Made by a program: the position numbers and the translations under genes. Under the pieces are notes generated by a model. It did no database searches and had not been told where the DNA came from. It saw only the letters and a program-made list of their open reading frames with translations. From assembly GCF_964213995.1 (NCBI RefSeq), contig NC_135808.1:620001-684000 (forward strand): 64,000 nucleotides of DNA, given 5' to 3'. Shown here one piece after another: positions 1 through 12,458 of this stretch. This DNA is from Mustelus asterias. Lineage: Eukaryota. The first letter of the stretch is position 1. Each line of letters begins with the position of its first letter.

Positions 1-327
1 TCAGCTGTGCCACTGTACAATGGGGCTGGGGGAGAGGGGAAGTGAGAGAGACCGAGACACAATCTGCTGTCCATTTTTGTGGCAGCGTACAGTGGTCGAG
101 ACAGGGTCTACTCTGACTATCACTTCAGATACAACTGTCTCAGTGCAGGGGATAGTAAAAAACAAAAAAATCACAACCAATTTATAAGTCACGATATTTG
201 AAAAGCAATTTGGTGAAATTCAGATTTCCGTGTTGGTGTTTGGCAGCCGGGATCTCGGTGCAAATTCCCCAACCCGTGTCTTTCGCCCCCTCCGCTTGCC
301 GTCAAGTGTCCGCACTACGGTCTAATC

Positions 328-453
328 TCACTGCTTCTGCTGCATTGCTTCTTTCCTTGCTGCGTCCTGTAACAACTGCGTATCCACCTCATCGGCGGGC
401 AGCTGTACATAACGCACCACCGAGCCACGGATAAAGCAGTTCTTCACGGAGAG
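328..453 (-). CDS. LSM2: LSM2 exon 5 (last coding exon), U6 snRNA-associated Sm-like protein LSm2
   Basis: Reverse complement reads cag|LSVKNCFIRGSVVRYVQLPADEVDTQLLQDAARKEAMQQKQ-TGA, matching the vertebrate LSm2 C-terminus. AG acceptor at 454-455. Confidence 0.97.
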   Translation of the reverse strand, partial: LSVKNCFIRGSVVRYVQLPADEVDTQLLQDAARKEAMQQKQ

Positions 454-711
454 CTGAGGGAGGAAGCATACCCGGGATTAATCGGCAAGCAAGCGTTGTA
501 CCGACAATCAAAAGGATCACGAAAGCCAAACAGGAACCATTTCAATGGTAGGGCACCAGCTGGAGTCTTTGTGCACGTGGAAAATCCTCACCTGCTTCAT
601 ACCCACGACCATTTAACGGCTTGGCCAGCAAGGAGCAGAGAACCCCTGTACCCCCGAGCCACAAAGCTCCCCAGGGAGGGGAATCAGTCACTCCCCACAC
701 AGACTGTTCTA

Positions 712-945
712 CATAAAGAACAAAGAAAATTACAGCACAAGAACAGGCTCTTCGGCCCTCCAAGCCTGCACTGACCATGCTGCCTATCTGAACTAAAACC
801 CCCTACCCTTCCAGGGACCATATCCCTCTATTCCAATCCTATTCATGTATTTGTCCAGACGCCCCTTAAAAGTCACTATCGTATCTGCTTCCACTACTTC
901 CCCCGGCAGCGAGTTCCAGACACCCACCATCCTCTGTGTAAAAAA
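712..945 (-). mobile_element. CR1 LINE 3' end fragment
   Basis: Terminal sequence shared with the longer CR1 copies in this window (ggccctccaagcctg..., gaacaaagaa tail). Confidence 0.7.
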
Positions 946-1769
946 ACTTTAAAAAACTATAGCTCCAGTTCCATGTTGTGTGGAAGTCCGCTCAGACAGT
1001 CAGACTGCCACAGAGCGGAGGAAATGGCAGCAATTTCCCCACCTGTCGAGAAAAGGTTTCACGTGGCTTGAACAATACCCAATGATTAAGTTACCACAAC
1101 TCTCTGGGGTAGAGAATTCCAAGAAGAAATTCCTCCTTATTTCAGTTCTAAATGATCTCCCTCCTATTCCAAGACTGTCCCCCCCCTGGTTCCAGAACAA
1201 GTCACCCACCTCCCCTATGTAATTTCCTCTGCTTAGATTTAAGACCCTAGTTTAGGATTGAATAAACAGTTTCAAACTTAAAACTCTATCATACTCTGGT
1301 GACTTCTCTTTGAACACTGCACAATGTTCTATTCCATTTGCAATGATGATACTGAAGTAGTCCATAATCTATGCAGCAAGAATATCGTCGATTGTCGGAA
1401 AAACCCATCTAATATCCTTTAGCGAAGGAAATCTGCTGCCCTTACTTAGTCTGGCCTACATGTACATGTGACTCCTAAGTAACATGGTTAACTCTTGACT
1501 GCCCTACCAAATGGCCTAGCAAGTCACTCACTTCAAGGCAACAAACCTGGCCTTTGCATGAAAGAACAAAATCAAATCTGGACAATATCCAGGCTTGGGC
1601 TGATAAATAACAAGTAACACACACACCACACAAGGACAAAGCAAATGACCATCTCCAACAAGAGAGAATTAACCATCCCTCCTTGACATTCAATGGCATG
1701 ATCATCCCCCACAGGCAACATCCTGCGGGCTACCATTGACCAGAAACTGAACCAGACTAGCCATATTTG

Positions 1770-2080
1770 GGGGTAGCACAGTGGTTAGCACTGTTGCCTC
1801 ACAGTGCCAGGGACCTGGGTTCAATTCTGGCCTTGGGTCACTGTGTGGAGTTTGCACATTCTCCCCAGCACTGCGTGGGTTTCCTCCAGGTGCTCCGGTT
1901 TCCTCCCACACGCTAAAGATGTGCGGGTTAGGTTGATTGGCCATGGTATATTGCCCCATAGTGTCAGAGGGATTAGCAGGGTAAATACGTGAAGTCAAGG
2001 GGATAGGGCCTTGGTGGGATTGTGGTCGATGCAGCCTTGATGGGCCAAATGGCCTTCTTCTGCACTGCAGGAATTCTATC
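1770..2080 (+). mobile_element. HE1/V-SINE-type tRNA-derived SINE
   Basis: A-box/B-box head (gcacagtggttagcac...gggttcaattc), central gggtttcctcc core, CR1-like tail ending gaattctat. Confidence 0.8.
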
Positions 2081-2254
2081 TACATAAATACTGTGGCTAC
2101 CAGAGCAGGTCAGAGGCTAGGAATTCAATGGTGAGTAACTCACCTCCTGACTCCCCAGAGCCTGTCCACCATCTACATGGCACACCTCCACTTGGCTGAA
2201 TGAGTGCAGCTCCAATAACACTCAAGAGGCTCGACATCATCCAGGACAAAGCAG

Positions 2255-2550
2255 TACGATGGTTAACACTGCTGCCTCACAGCGCCAGTGACCCGGGTTC
2301 GATTCCCGGCTTGGGTCACTGCCTGTGCAGAGTCGGCACGTTCTCCCCATGTCTGCATAGGTTTCCTCCGGCTGTTCTGGTTTCCTCCTACAGTCTGAAA
2401 GATGTGCTGGTTAGGTGCATTGGCTGTGTAAATTCTCTCTCAGTGTACCCCAACAGGCACCGGAGTGTGGCGACTAGGGGTTTTTCACAGTAACTTCATT
2501 GCAGAGTTAATGTAAGCCTACTTGTGACAATAATAAATAAACATTTAAAA
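2255..2550 (+). mobile_element. HE1-head SINE with an alternative tail
   Basis: Same head and core, tail ...cacagtaacttcattgcag...cttgtgacaataataaataaac. Other copies at ~13563-13855, 53305-53615 (-) and 56797-57080. Confidence 0.75.
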
Positions 2551-2862
2551 CATGGCAGACCTGTAACAATCAGTTTGAATAAAGTAAACTGAACCTTCTC
2601 TCCAGAGTTGTCTATAGTTCACTATCTGAAGAATGCATCATGAACTTTGCATTATTTAGCACTGTCTTCCCAAATGGGGAAGTCTGGCTACCTATGATTC
2701 TCCACGGGCAAGCAGTGAACTACCAAAACCTCTATGAGGCTCAGCATCAGGAGTAAGGTGGATCCTCAAGATTCTCCCCGCTGCCCTGCCACTGGTGTGA
2801 CTCTGATCGCTGGAACGAACACAATTCCTATCGAAGCTCAAATGAACATTCACGGCACTCAC

Positions 2863-2922
2863 CATGTGTGGATATTTCTCTGGGTCAGTCACACTGATGT
2901 CTGTCAGTTTGATGTTTAGGTA
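2863..2922 (-). CDS. LSM2: LSM2 exon 4
   Basis: ttttcag|YLNIKLTDISVTDPEKYPHM|gtgagt, 60 nt, phase 0/0. Confidence 0.97.
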
Positions 2923-3061
2923 CTGAAAAGAGAGAGAGAGAGAGTGAGACCAACCTTCAACCCGCAGCCGACAGAACTTTCAGATTTCAGAAACAGGAAA
3001 ACAGAGTTCGTTTTAAGAGATTTATATTTCCACGGGTAAACATTAATGCTAACATTATAGA

Positions 3062-3792
3062 TAAGAAAGTCCACCAAATCCTCTACTTTCGCAGGGGGCT
3101 AAGGAAATTCAGCATGTCCGCTACGACTCTCACCAACGTTTACAGATGCCCCATAGAAAGCATTCTTTCTGGTTGTATCACAGCTTGGTATGGCTCCTGC
3201 TCTGCCCAAGACTGCAAGGAACTACAAAGGATCGTGAACATAGCCCAGTCCCATCACGCAAACCAGCCTCCCATCCACGACTCTGTCGACACTTCCCGCT
3301 GCCTCGGAAAAGCAGCCAGCATAATCAAGCCCCCACGCACCCGGACATTCTCTCTTCCACCTTCTTCCATCGGGAAAAAGATACAAAAGTCTGGGGTCAC
3401 ATACCAACCGGCTCAAGAACAGCTTCTTTCTGCTGCTGTCAGACTTTTCATAGAATCCCTACGGTACAGGGGGTTATTCGGCCCATCGAGTCTGTACTGA
3501 CCACAATCCCACCTATTCCCATAACTCCACACATTTACCTTGCTAATCCCCCCTGACACTAGGGTCAACTTGGCATGGCCAATCCACCTAACCCACACAT
3601 GTTTGTGATTTTTGATGGACCTACTTGTATTAAGTTGATCTTTCCCTACACCCTAGCTATGACTTTAACACTACATTCTACACTCTCTCCTTTCCTTTTC
3701 CCCTCTGTACTCTATGAGCGGTATGCTTTGTCTGTATAGCGCGCAAGAAACAATACTTTTCACTGTATCCCAATACACGTGACAATAATCAG
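3062..3792 (+). mobile_element. Rex1/Babar-like LINE 3' fragment, interrupted by a SINE
   Basis: Translates as ...TNVYRCPIESILSGCITAWYGSCSAQDCKELQRIV..., similar to the Rex1-clade post-RT region. Confidence 0.7.
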
Positions 3793-4376
3793 ATGATATT
3801 AATGTGGGGAGATTGGATGTTACGGTCCAATATGATCATGGCTAATCTTCAGCTTTAACTCCACTTTCCTGTCCAGCCCCCGATACTGAATACACTGAAT
3901 TCTGTCTGTCCCAGACATAAACATATTCAATGACGGAGCATCCGCTATCCTCTGAGGTAGAGAATTCCACAAACTTGGAACTCTGGAGTGAAAAGATTTC
4001 TCCTCATCTCAGTCATAATTGATTGGCCCCCTTATCCCAAGCCTGGGACACCGCGTTTCAGATTCCCCAGCCAGGGAGAAAGCAACCTCCCGTCAAGGCC
4101 CTTCAGAACGTTTTAATGAGATCACCCTTCATTCTGAAGTCCAGACAATACAGACCCAGCTGACTCAATCTCTCATCATAGGGCAACTCTCTCACCCCCA
4201 ACCTAAAGCACATCTTCAACTTGCACAATGCTGCCCTCCTGGGCAGATTAAACAGAAAGTACAAGTTTGAAAATGTGGTCAGTAACTGTGCTACATCGGA
4301 GAACAAACATTTCCTCTAGGCAGGCAGGTGTAACCGAGGTTGGATTGGTGCAATATTGGCGCAGTGGTATTGTCAC
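3441..4376. repeat. Left arm of a ~0.9 kb inverted duplication (partner 7020-7926)
   Basis: Same series of SINE/Rex1/CR1 junctions is present in reverse complement at 7020-7926. Confidence 0.9.
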
Positions 4377-4712
4377 TCGACTAGTGATGCAGAGGCCTAA
4401 GACAATGTTCTGGGGACCCAGGTTTGAATCCCAAAGTGGCAGATTGTGAAATTTGAATTCAATAAAAAGCTGGAATGAAGAGTCTAATGAGCACTGTTCA
4501 TTGTTGTAAAAACCCATCTGGTTCACTAATGTCCTTTAGGGGAAGGAAATCTGCCGTCCTTACCCAGTCTGGCCTACATGTGACTCCAGACCCACAGCAA
4601 CGTGGTCGACTCTGAAACGCTGCTCTGTAGTGGCCGAGCGAGTCACTCAGTTCAAGGGGCAATTAGGACTGGGCAATAAATACTGGGCCCAGCCAGTGAC
4701 ACCCACATCCCT
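4357..4712 (+). mobile_element. Second tRNA-derived SINE family
   Basis: ggcgcagtggtattgtcact...ggtttgaatccc head, core cccatctggttcactaatgtcctttaggg, tail ggcaataaat...cccacatccc. Further copies at ~5137-5575, 8588-8968, 11222-12598, 26845-27200 (-) and 38780-39135 (-). Confidence 0.75.
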
Positions 4713-4816
4713 CAACACTTCCCCTGATTTATACCTTGAAGGTTGTTCTACATGGCTTTTATGTTTATCAAAATGATAATTCAGTCCCAATCATTGCCAA
4801 AATATGCAGCCCTCAC

Positions 4817-4847
4817 CTGATCAACGGAGTGCAGGGTTCCACAGATA
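4817..4847 (-). CDS. LSM2: LSM2 exon 3 (31 nt)
   Basis: tttttcag|t-ICGTLHSVDQ|gtgagg. Completes the Ser codon split from exon 2. Confidence 0.96.
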
Positions 4848-7019
4848 CTGAAAAAAAATGAGAAAAGGTTGATATTTTTATGCCAGAAATCAAGTCTCAC
4901 CATCATTTAACTTCCTAACTAAACAACGCACTTAAGCTTCTCACACACACCCCCACTCTTAATTACTTGAAGCAGAAACAGGCCATTCAGCCCAACAGGT
5001 CTAGGCTGGTGTTTCTGCCCCACACAAGCCTCCTCTAACCCCAGCAACATATCCCTTAATTTGTGTGTTTATACAGCTTGGCCTTACATGGATCTATGCC
5101 ACTCCCCTCCACTACTCCTTGTGGCAGCAAGTGGGAAGGCGGTGCGTAGTGGTATTGTCATTGGACTATTACTCCAGAGACTCAGGGTTATGCTCTGGGG
5201 ACCCGGGTTCAAATTCTAGCACAGCAGAATAAAAATCTGTAATTAAAAGTCTAATGATGACCATGAAACCATTGTCGATTGTCGCAAAAACCAATCTGCT
5301 TCACTAATGTCCTTTAGGGAAGGAAATCTGCCATCCTTACCTGGTCTGGCCGACATGACGGGAATAGGGCCCAGGTGGGATTGTGGTCGGTGCCGACTGA
5401 ATGGGCCGAATAGCCTCCTTCTGCACTGTAGGGATTCTACGATTCTGTGTGACTCCAGATCCACAGCAATGTGGCTGACTCTTAACTGCCCTCTGAATTG
5501 GCCGAACGAGACACTCAGCAATTAGGGATGGGCCCAAGTCAATGACACCCACATCCCATGAACAAATTTTTTAAAGTTCCACATTTCAATCACTTTGAGT
5601 CGAGAGGTTTCTGCTGAATTCCCAATTGGATTCCTTAATAATTAACTTATATTCACAGTCCTAATTTAGTCTCACCCACAAGTGAAATCATAAAGTGCAG
5701 ACCGTCCACAAACCTATAGGATATGCATGGAGCAAGCTACAGCAAAGATAAACATTCCTTTTAACAAGATAGAACTTGTGGAGACAGAAACTCAATGAAT
5801 GTTGCAGGTCATTGACAATTCACCAGAAAGTAATCATTATTCATTCATGGGACATGAACATCATGTCAAGACCAGCATGCATTTCCCATCCCTTCAGAAG
5901 GAGGTGGTGAGCTCCCTTCTTGAACCGCTGCAGTCCCTGAGGTCTAGGTACACCCACAGTGCTGTTAGGGAGGAAATTCCAGGATTTTGACCCAGCGACA
6001 TATATTTCCAAGTCAGGATGGTAAGTGACTTGGAGAGGAACCTCCAGGTGGGGGTGTTCCCAGTTTTCTGCTGCCCTTGTCTTTCTAGATGATAGCGGTC
6101 GTGGGTTGGAAGGAGCCTTGGTGAATCCCTCCAATGCATCTTGTAAATGGTACAACTACTGCCACTGGTGTCAATCAAATAGGGCTGCTTTCTCCTAGAC
6201 GGTGTTGAGCTTTGTAGAATCCCTCCAGTGCCAAAAGAGGCCATTTAGCCTATCGGGTCTACACCAACTCTCTGATAGAGCATCTTACCCAGGCCTATAC
6301 CCATAACCCCACATATTTACCCCATTAATTTCCCTAACCTTTACATCTTGGGACACGAAGAGGCAATTTAGCATAGCCAATCCACCTAACCTACACATCT
6401 TTGGACACTAAGGGACAATTTAGCATGGCCAATCCACCTAACCTACACATGTTTGGAGTGTGGGGAGAATATGCAAACCCCGCACAGTGACCCAAGGCCG
6501 GAATTGAACTCAGGTCCCTGGCACTGTGAAACGGCAGCGCTAACCACCATGCCTACTTGAGTATCTTTGGAGCTGCATTCATCCAGGCAAGTTAACTGCA
6601 TCACGCTCATGACCTGCACTTTGTGATGGTGGACAGGCTTTAGGGAGTCAGGTGGTGAGTTACTCGCCATGGAATACTCCGACTTGCTCTTGCTGCCACA
6701 GTATTTATAGAACTGGTCCAGTTACCCTTTTCAGTCAATGATGAGCCGAGGATGTTGGTGCTCAAAATGCTATCATTCAGCAATGCCACGGCATGTCAAG
6801 CTGAGGCGGTGAGAATCTCTCCTGTCAGAGATAATCCAACATTACTGCACCTAACCCGCACATCTTTGGAGTGTGGGAGGAAACAGCAGAACCCGGCGGA
6901 AACCTACGCAGACACGGGGACAATGTGCAAACTCCGCACAGACAGTGACCGAAGCCAGGAATTGAACCCGGGTCTCTTGCACTGTGAGGCAGCAGTGCTA
7001 ACCACTGTGCCGCCATGCT

Positions 7020-7926
7020 GTGACAACACCACTACGTCAATGTGGCACCAATCCAACCTGGGTTATACCTGCCTTCATTTGTTCTCCTATGTAACACGGT
7101 TACTGACCACATTTTCAAATTTGTACTGTTTAATCTGCTCGGGAGGGCAACATTGTGCAGGTTGAAGATGCGCTTTAAGTTGGGGGTGAGAGGGTTGCCT
7201 TATGAAGAGAGGTTGAGTCAGTTGGGTCTGTATTGTCGAGTTCAGGATGAGGGGTGATCTCATTGAAACGTTCTGAAGGACTTTGACAGGAGGTTGCTTT
7301 CCCCTTGGCTGGGGAATCTGAAACGCGGTGTCCCAGGCTTGGGATAAGGGGCCAATCAATTATGACAGAGATGAGGAGAAATCTTTTCACTCCCGAGTTC
7401 CAAGTTTGTGTAATTCTCTACCTCAGAGGGTAGCGGATGCTCCATCATTGAATATGTTTATGTCTGGGACACTCAGAATTCAGTGTCTCCAGTATCGAGG
7501 GCTGGACAGGAAAGTGGAGTTAAAGCTGAAGATTAGCCATGATCATATGGGACCGTAACTTCCAACCTCCCCACATTTAATATCATCTGATTGATTGTCA
7601 CATGTATTGTTTCTTGCGCACTATACAAAGAATACCATTCATTGAGTACATGGGGACAGAAAAAGGAGAGGATGCAGAATGTACAGTTATAATCACAGCT
7701 AGGGTGCAGCGAAAGATTAACTTAATACGAGGTAGATCCATTCAAAAATCACAAACATGTACGGGTTAGGTGGATTGGTCATGCTAAATTGGCCCTAGTG
7801 TCAGGGGGATTAGCAGGGTAAATATGTGGGGTTATGGGAATAGGGTCTGGGTGGGATTCTGGTCAATACAGACTCGATGGGCCAAATGGCCTCCTTCTGT
7901 ACTGTAGGGATTCTATGAAAAAGTCT
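7020..7926. repeat. Right arm of the inverted duplication (partner 3441-4376)
   Basis: ORF-track peptides at 4019-4270 (+) and 7087-7359 (-) are homologous, and junction sequences match. Confidence 0.9.
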
Positions 7927-10274
7927 ATGAAACTGTTTTTCTCTCTCTCCACAGATGCTGCCAGCCCTGCATTTTCTGCTTTTTATTCAGATTCCCAATA
8001 TCTGCAGTATCTTGCTTTGTATTAGCGTTTTACAAAGTCTGGACCTCATTATATTTTCAACTCCTGGAGAAAGGCTGGAACGTCAAAACAGTCACCTCAT
8101 TTTTATCAAAGTGGCATTAGTTAATTTGAGAAGAAAGTTCAGAACGGATTAAAAAGACTTGTATTTAATGGCAACTTGTATGACCAAACATCCTGAAGTA
8201 TTTTACAACCAATGAGGTATTTCTGAAGGATAATTACTGGCTTAACATAGGAAATGAGGCAGCCAGTTTGCACACTGAGCTCCCAAACAGAGCAATGTGA
8301 TAACCACCAGGGGTGGCATAGTAGCACAGTGATTAGCACTGCTACCTCACAGTGTCAGGGACCCGGGTTCAATTCCCAGCTTGGGTCACTGTCTGTGTGG
8401 ATCTGCACGTACTCCCCGTGGGTTTCCTCCGGGTGCTCCCGTTTCCTCACACAGTCCAAAAATGTGTTGGCTCGGTGCGCCACTTAAAAAGACGACAGTG
8501 CTGCACGACCTTCAGTGACGCACGGGAGTTTCAGCTTACATTTTGTCCTCAAGTCTCAGGATCCACAACCTTCTGACATAGAGGCAGAATGGCACAGTGG
8601 CACTGTCACTGGACTGGTAATCCAGAGGCCCAAGATAATGCTCTGGGAACCCAGGTTCAAATCCCACCACAGCAGATGGTGAAATCTGAATTCAACAAAA
8701 ATCTGGAATTCAAAGTGTAATGATGACCACGGGACCATTGCCAATTGTCAGAAAAATCCATCTGGTTCATTAATGTCCATTAGGGAAGGAAATCTGCTGC
8801 CCTTACCTGATCTGGCCTACATGTGACTCCAGAGCCACAGCAATGTGGTTGACTCAAAATAGCCTCTGAAATGGCCTAGCAAGCCACTCAGTTCAAGGGC
8901 AATAAGGGATGGGCAATCAATGCTGACCCAGCCAGCGACGCCCACGTCCCGCAAATGAATAAAAAACTAATGGCAATAAAGCATTTGGGAATATTACAGT
9001 CCTTCAAAGTTACAAGGGGGATAGATTCACTAAATCTCTGTGCAGAGCAGAAAGCAGACAGGTGGGAAGAATGAGGGGGGATCTTATAGAAACATATAAA
9101 ATTATAAAGGTAATAGATAAGATAGAAGCATGGAGGTTGTTTCCACTGGCAGGTGAAACTAGAACTAGGGGGCATAGCCTCAAAATAAGGGGGATTTCGG
9201 ACTGAGTTGAGGAGGAACTTCTTCACCAAAGGGTTGTGAATCTGTGGAATTCCATGCCCAGTGAAGCAGCTGAGGCTACCTCATTGAATGTTTTTAAGGC
9301 AAAGATAGATAGATTTTTGAACAGTAAATTAAGGTGAGCGGACGGTTAAGTGGAGCTGAGTCCTTGAAAAGATCAGCCATGATTTAATTGAATGACAGAG
9401 CAGGCTCGAGGGGCCAGATGGCCTACTCCTGCTCCTAGTTCTTATTATGATCGTGTTACTTATTTTTAAAAAGCTTAATGACCTTTGGTGACAGGAAGTT
9501 AGTTCATTCATTTTACCTTTTTTCTATTCAAATAATTGGAACAAAAGAAGTGTAGCGAAGGTTCACCAGACTAATTCCTGGGGTGGCAAGATTGTCATTC
9601 TAGGAAAGATTGGGTCAACTAGGCCTGTGTTCACTGGAATTTAGAAGAATGATAGGGGATCTCATTGAAATATATAAAATTCTGACGTGTGACGAGGGGA
9701 TGGGAGTGTCTGGGGGAGGGGGGGGTTAAATAGTATGTTGGCCTTCATAGCAAGAGGATTTCACTACAGGAGCAGCGATGCGGAGACCAAGTCACTGAAT
9801 ATCTTTAGACACTAAAGGCATCAAGGGATCAAGAGATATGGGCAGAAAGCTTGAGTGAGACATTGAGGTAGAGGATCAGCCATGATCATACTGCGTGGTG
9901 TAGCAGGCTCAAAGGGCCAAATGACCTACTCCTACTCTTATTTTCCTATGTTTCCATACCTCAGGAAGGTAACATTGGAGTGATAGTATTGCAAAATCTA
10001 AATAATCCCCTGGTGGGGGAACGTACAGCAAGTCCGAGAGTCTCTTTTCATTTCCTGCTCATGTAATCACACAGGATTGCCAACATACGCCCCGGAGTCA
10101 GACGCAGAGTTCACACACAGACAGCTTCCATGATGGTCAACAAGTTGGAAACGGTAACATTGGAAAGCCATTTGGAGGTTTCCTGTACTTCCTGCCCTAC
10201 AACGTGCTCAAACACCTCGTGAACACGTAACCTGCACAATACTGAAGAAGGGTAAACAATCACATAAGTTGTTT

Positions 10275-10628
10275 TCATAGAATCATACAGTGCAGGAGGC
10301 TGCCACTTGGCCCATCGAGCCTGAACCGACAACAATCCCACCCAGGTCCTATCCCGTAACTCCACATATTTACCTTCCTAGTCCCCCTCGAGCCCACCCC
10401 GCCATTCAATATGATCATGGCTGACTGGTTTGTGTTTCTAAGATTTAGCATGGCTAATCCACCTAACCTGCACATCTTTGGAGTTTGGGAGGTAACCAGA
10501 ACACCCGGAGGAAACCCATGCAGACACGGGGAGGACATGCAGACTCCACACAGACAGTGACCCGGGGCCGGAATCGAACCTGGGTCCCTGGAGCTGTGAG
10601 ACAGCAGTGCGAACCACTGTGCCACCAT
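10275..10628 (-). mobile_element. HE1-type SINE
   Basis: Head, core and tail on the minus strand. Confidence 0.75.
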
Positions 10629-10948
10629 GTTTTATTGAAGATTCTGTCCTTGGAGCTGTTCAGACCAGTATTTCTGATGTAACATTAACTTATCACCTTC
10701 CAGTTTAAGGCATGGTTTGCTGAACTATGTTCCATAAAGAGGGAGAGACAGCCATTGTAGAAGGAGGTGAGGACTTTCATCAATAACATTGCTTATGCCA
10801 CCCCACCATCACGCGAGAATGTGGAATTCGAAACACCATCAGCCATGATCACATTGAATGGCGGAGTGGGCTCGAGGAGCCAAACAGCCCACTTCCACCC
10901 CCATTTCCTATCTGCTGTCAGCAACAAACAAAAACAAGGTGCACTCAC

Positions 10949-11016
10949 CTGAGATCATTCTTTAACTCCACAACAACATCTTTGCCAACCAGGGATTTGA
11001 AAAACGAATAAAATAA
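10949..11016 (-). CDS. LSM2: LSM2 exon 2
   Basis: ttttag|LFYSFFKSLVGKDVVVELKNDL-ag|gtgagt, 68 nt. Confidence 0.97.
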
Positions 11017-11414
11017 CTAAAATGTAACAATAAAAAAAGCTTAGTAAACTGTGCCAGGGTATTCACTTGCCACCAAAATAGCACAACTTCAAAATGAACA
11101 AAGTGTAGTCAGCTGGGCAGAGGTTTGAGAACAGACTCTCAGTCGAATCAGAAAATGATGAGTCCACGTCCCACTACAGCACTGAATATATTATATGGCA
11201 TGCTGCTCAGTAGCATTGAGAAGGCGGCGATGGCCTAGTGGTATTATCGCTAGACTATTAATGCAGAAACTCAGCTAATGCTCTGGGGACGTGGGTTCGA
11301 ATCCCGCCATGGTAGATGGCTGGAATTAAGTATCTACTGATGACCATGAAACCATTGTTGATTGTCGGAAAACCCATCTGGTTCACTAATGTCCTTTAGG
11401 GAAGGAAATCTGCC

Positions 11415-12458
11415 GGTTGGCAGTTGGTGACCAGTGGCGTGCCGCAGGGATCGGTGCTGGGGCCTCAATTGTTTACCATTTACATAGATGATCTGGAGGA
11501 GGGGACTGAATGTAGGGTATTCAAGTTTGCTGATGACACGAAGGTGAGTGGGAAAGCGAATTGCGTGGAGGACGCGGAAAGTCTGCAGAGAGATTTGGAT
11601 AAGCTGAGCGAGTGGGCGAGGATCTGGCAGATGGAATATAACGTTAGCAAATGTGAGGTTATCCACTTTGGAAGAAATAATAGTAAATTGGAATATTATT
11701 TAAATGGAGAAAAATTACATCGTGCGACTGTGCAGAGGGACCTGGGGGTCCTTGTGCACGAATCGCAAAAACTCAGTCTGCAGGTGCAGCAGGTGATCAA
11801 GAAGGCGAATGGAATGTTGGCCTTTATCGCGAGGGGGATAGAATATAAAAGCAGGGAGGTCTTGCTGCATCTGTACAAGGCACTGGTGAGGCCGCAACTG
11901 GAGTACTGTGTGCAGTTTTGGTCCCCTCATTTGCGAAAGGATATATTGGCCTTGGAGGGAGTGCAGAGAAGGTTCACCAGGTTGATACCGGAGATGAGGG
12001 GTGTGGCTTATGAGGAGAGATTAAACAGATTGGGTCTGTACTCGTTGGAGTTTAGAAGGATGAGGGGTGATCTTATAGAGACATATAAGATAATGAAGGG
12101 GCTGGATAGGGTAGAGGTGGAGTGATTCTTTCCACTTAGAAGGGAAACCAGAACTAGTGGGCACAGCCTCAAAATAAGGGGGGGCCGGTTCAGAACAGAG
12201 TTGAGGGGGAACTTCTTCTCTCAGAGGGTAGTGAATCTCTGGAATTCTCTGCCCATTGAAGTGGTGGAGGCTTCCTCGTTGAATATGTTTGAATCACGGG
12301 TAGATAGTTTTCTGATCGATAAGGGAATTAGGGGATATGGGGAGCAGGCGGGTAAGTGGAACTGATTCGCTTCAGATCAGCCATGATCTTGTTGAATGGC
12401 GGGGCAGGCTCGAAGGGCCAGATGGCCTACTCCTGCTCCTATTTCTTATGTTCTTATG
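11415..12458 (+). mobile_element. 5'-truncated CR1 LINE nested in a SINE
   Basis: ORF 11424-12125 carries RT motifs [11 protein letters not shown] and KFADDTK. The host SINE resumes exactly (gaaatctgcc|...|tccttacccagtctgg). Confidence 0.93.

Noticed and set aside
585-710. Strong donor-like CAG|GTGAGG on the minus strand in LSM2 intron 4
   Set aside because: No convincing upstream acceptor identified.
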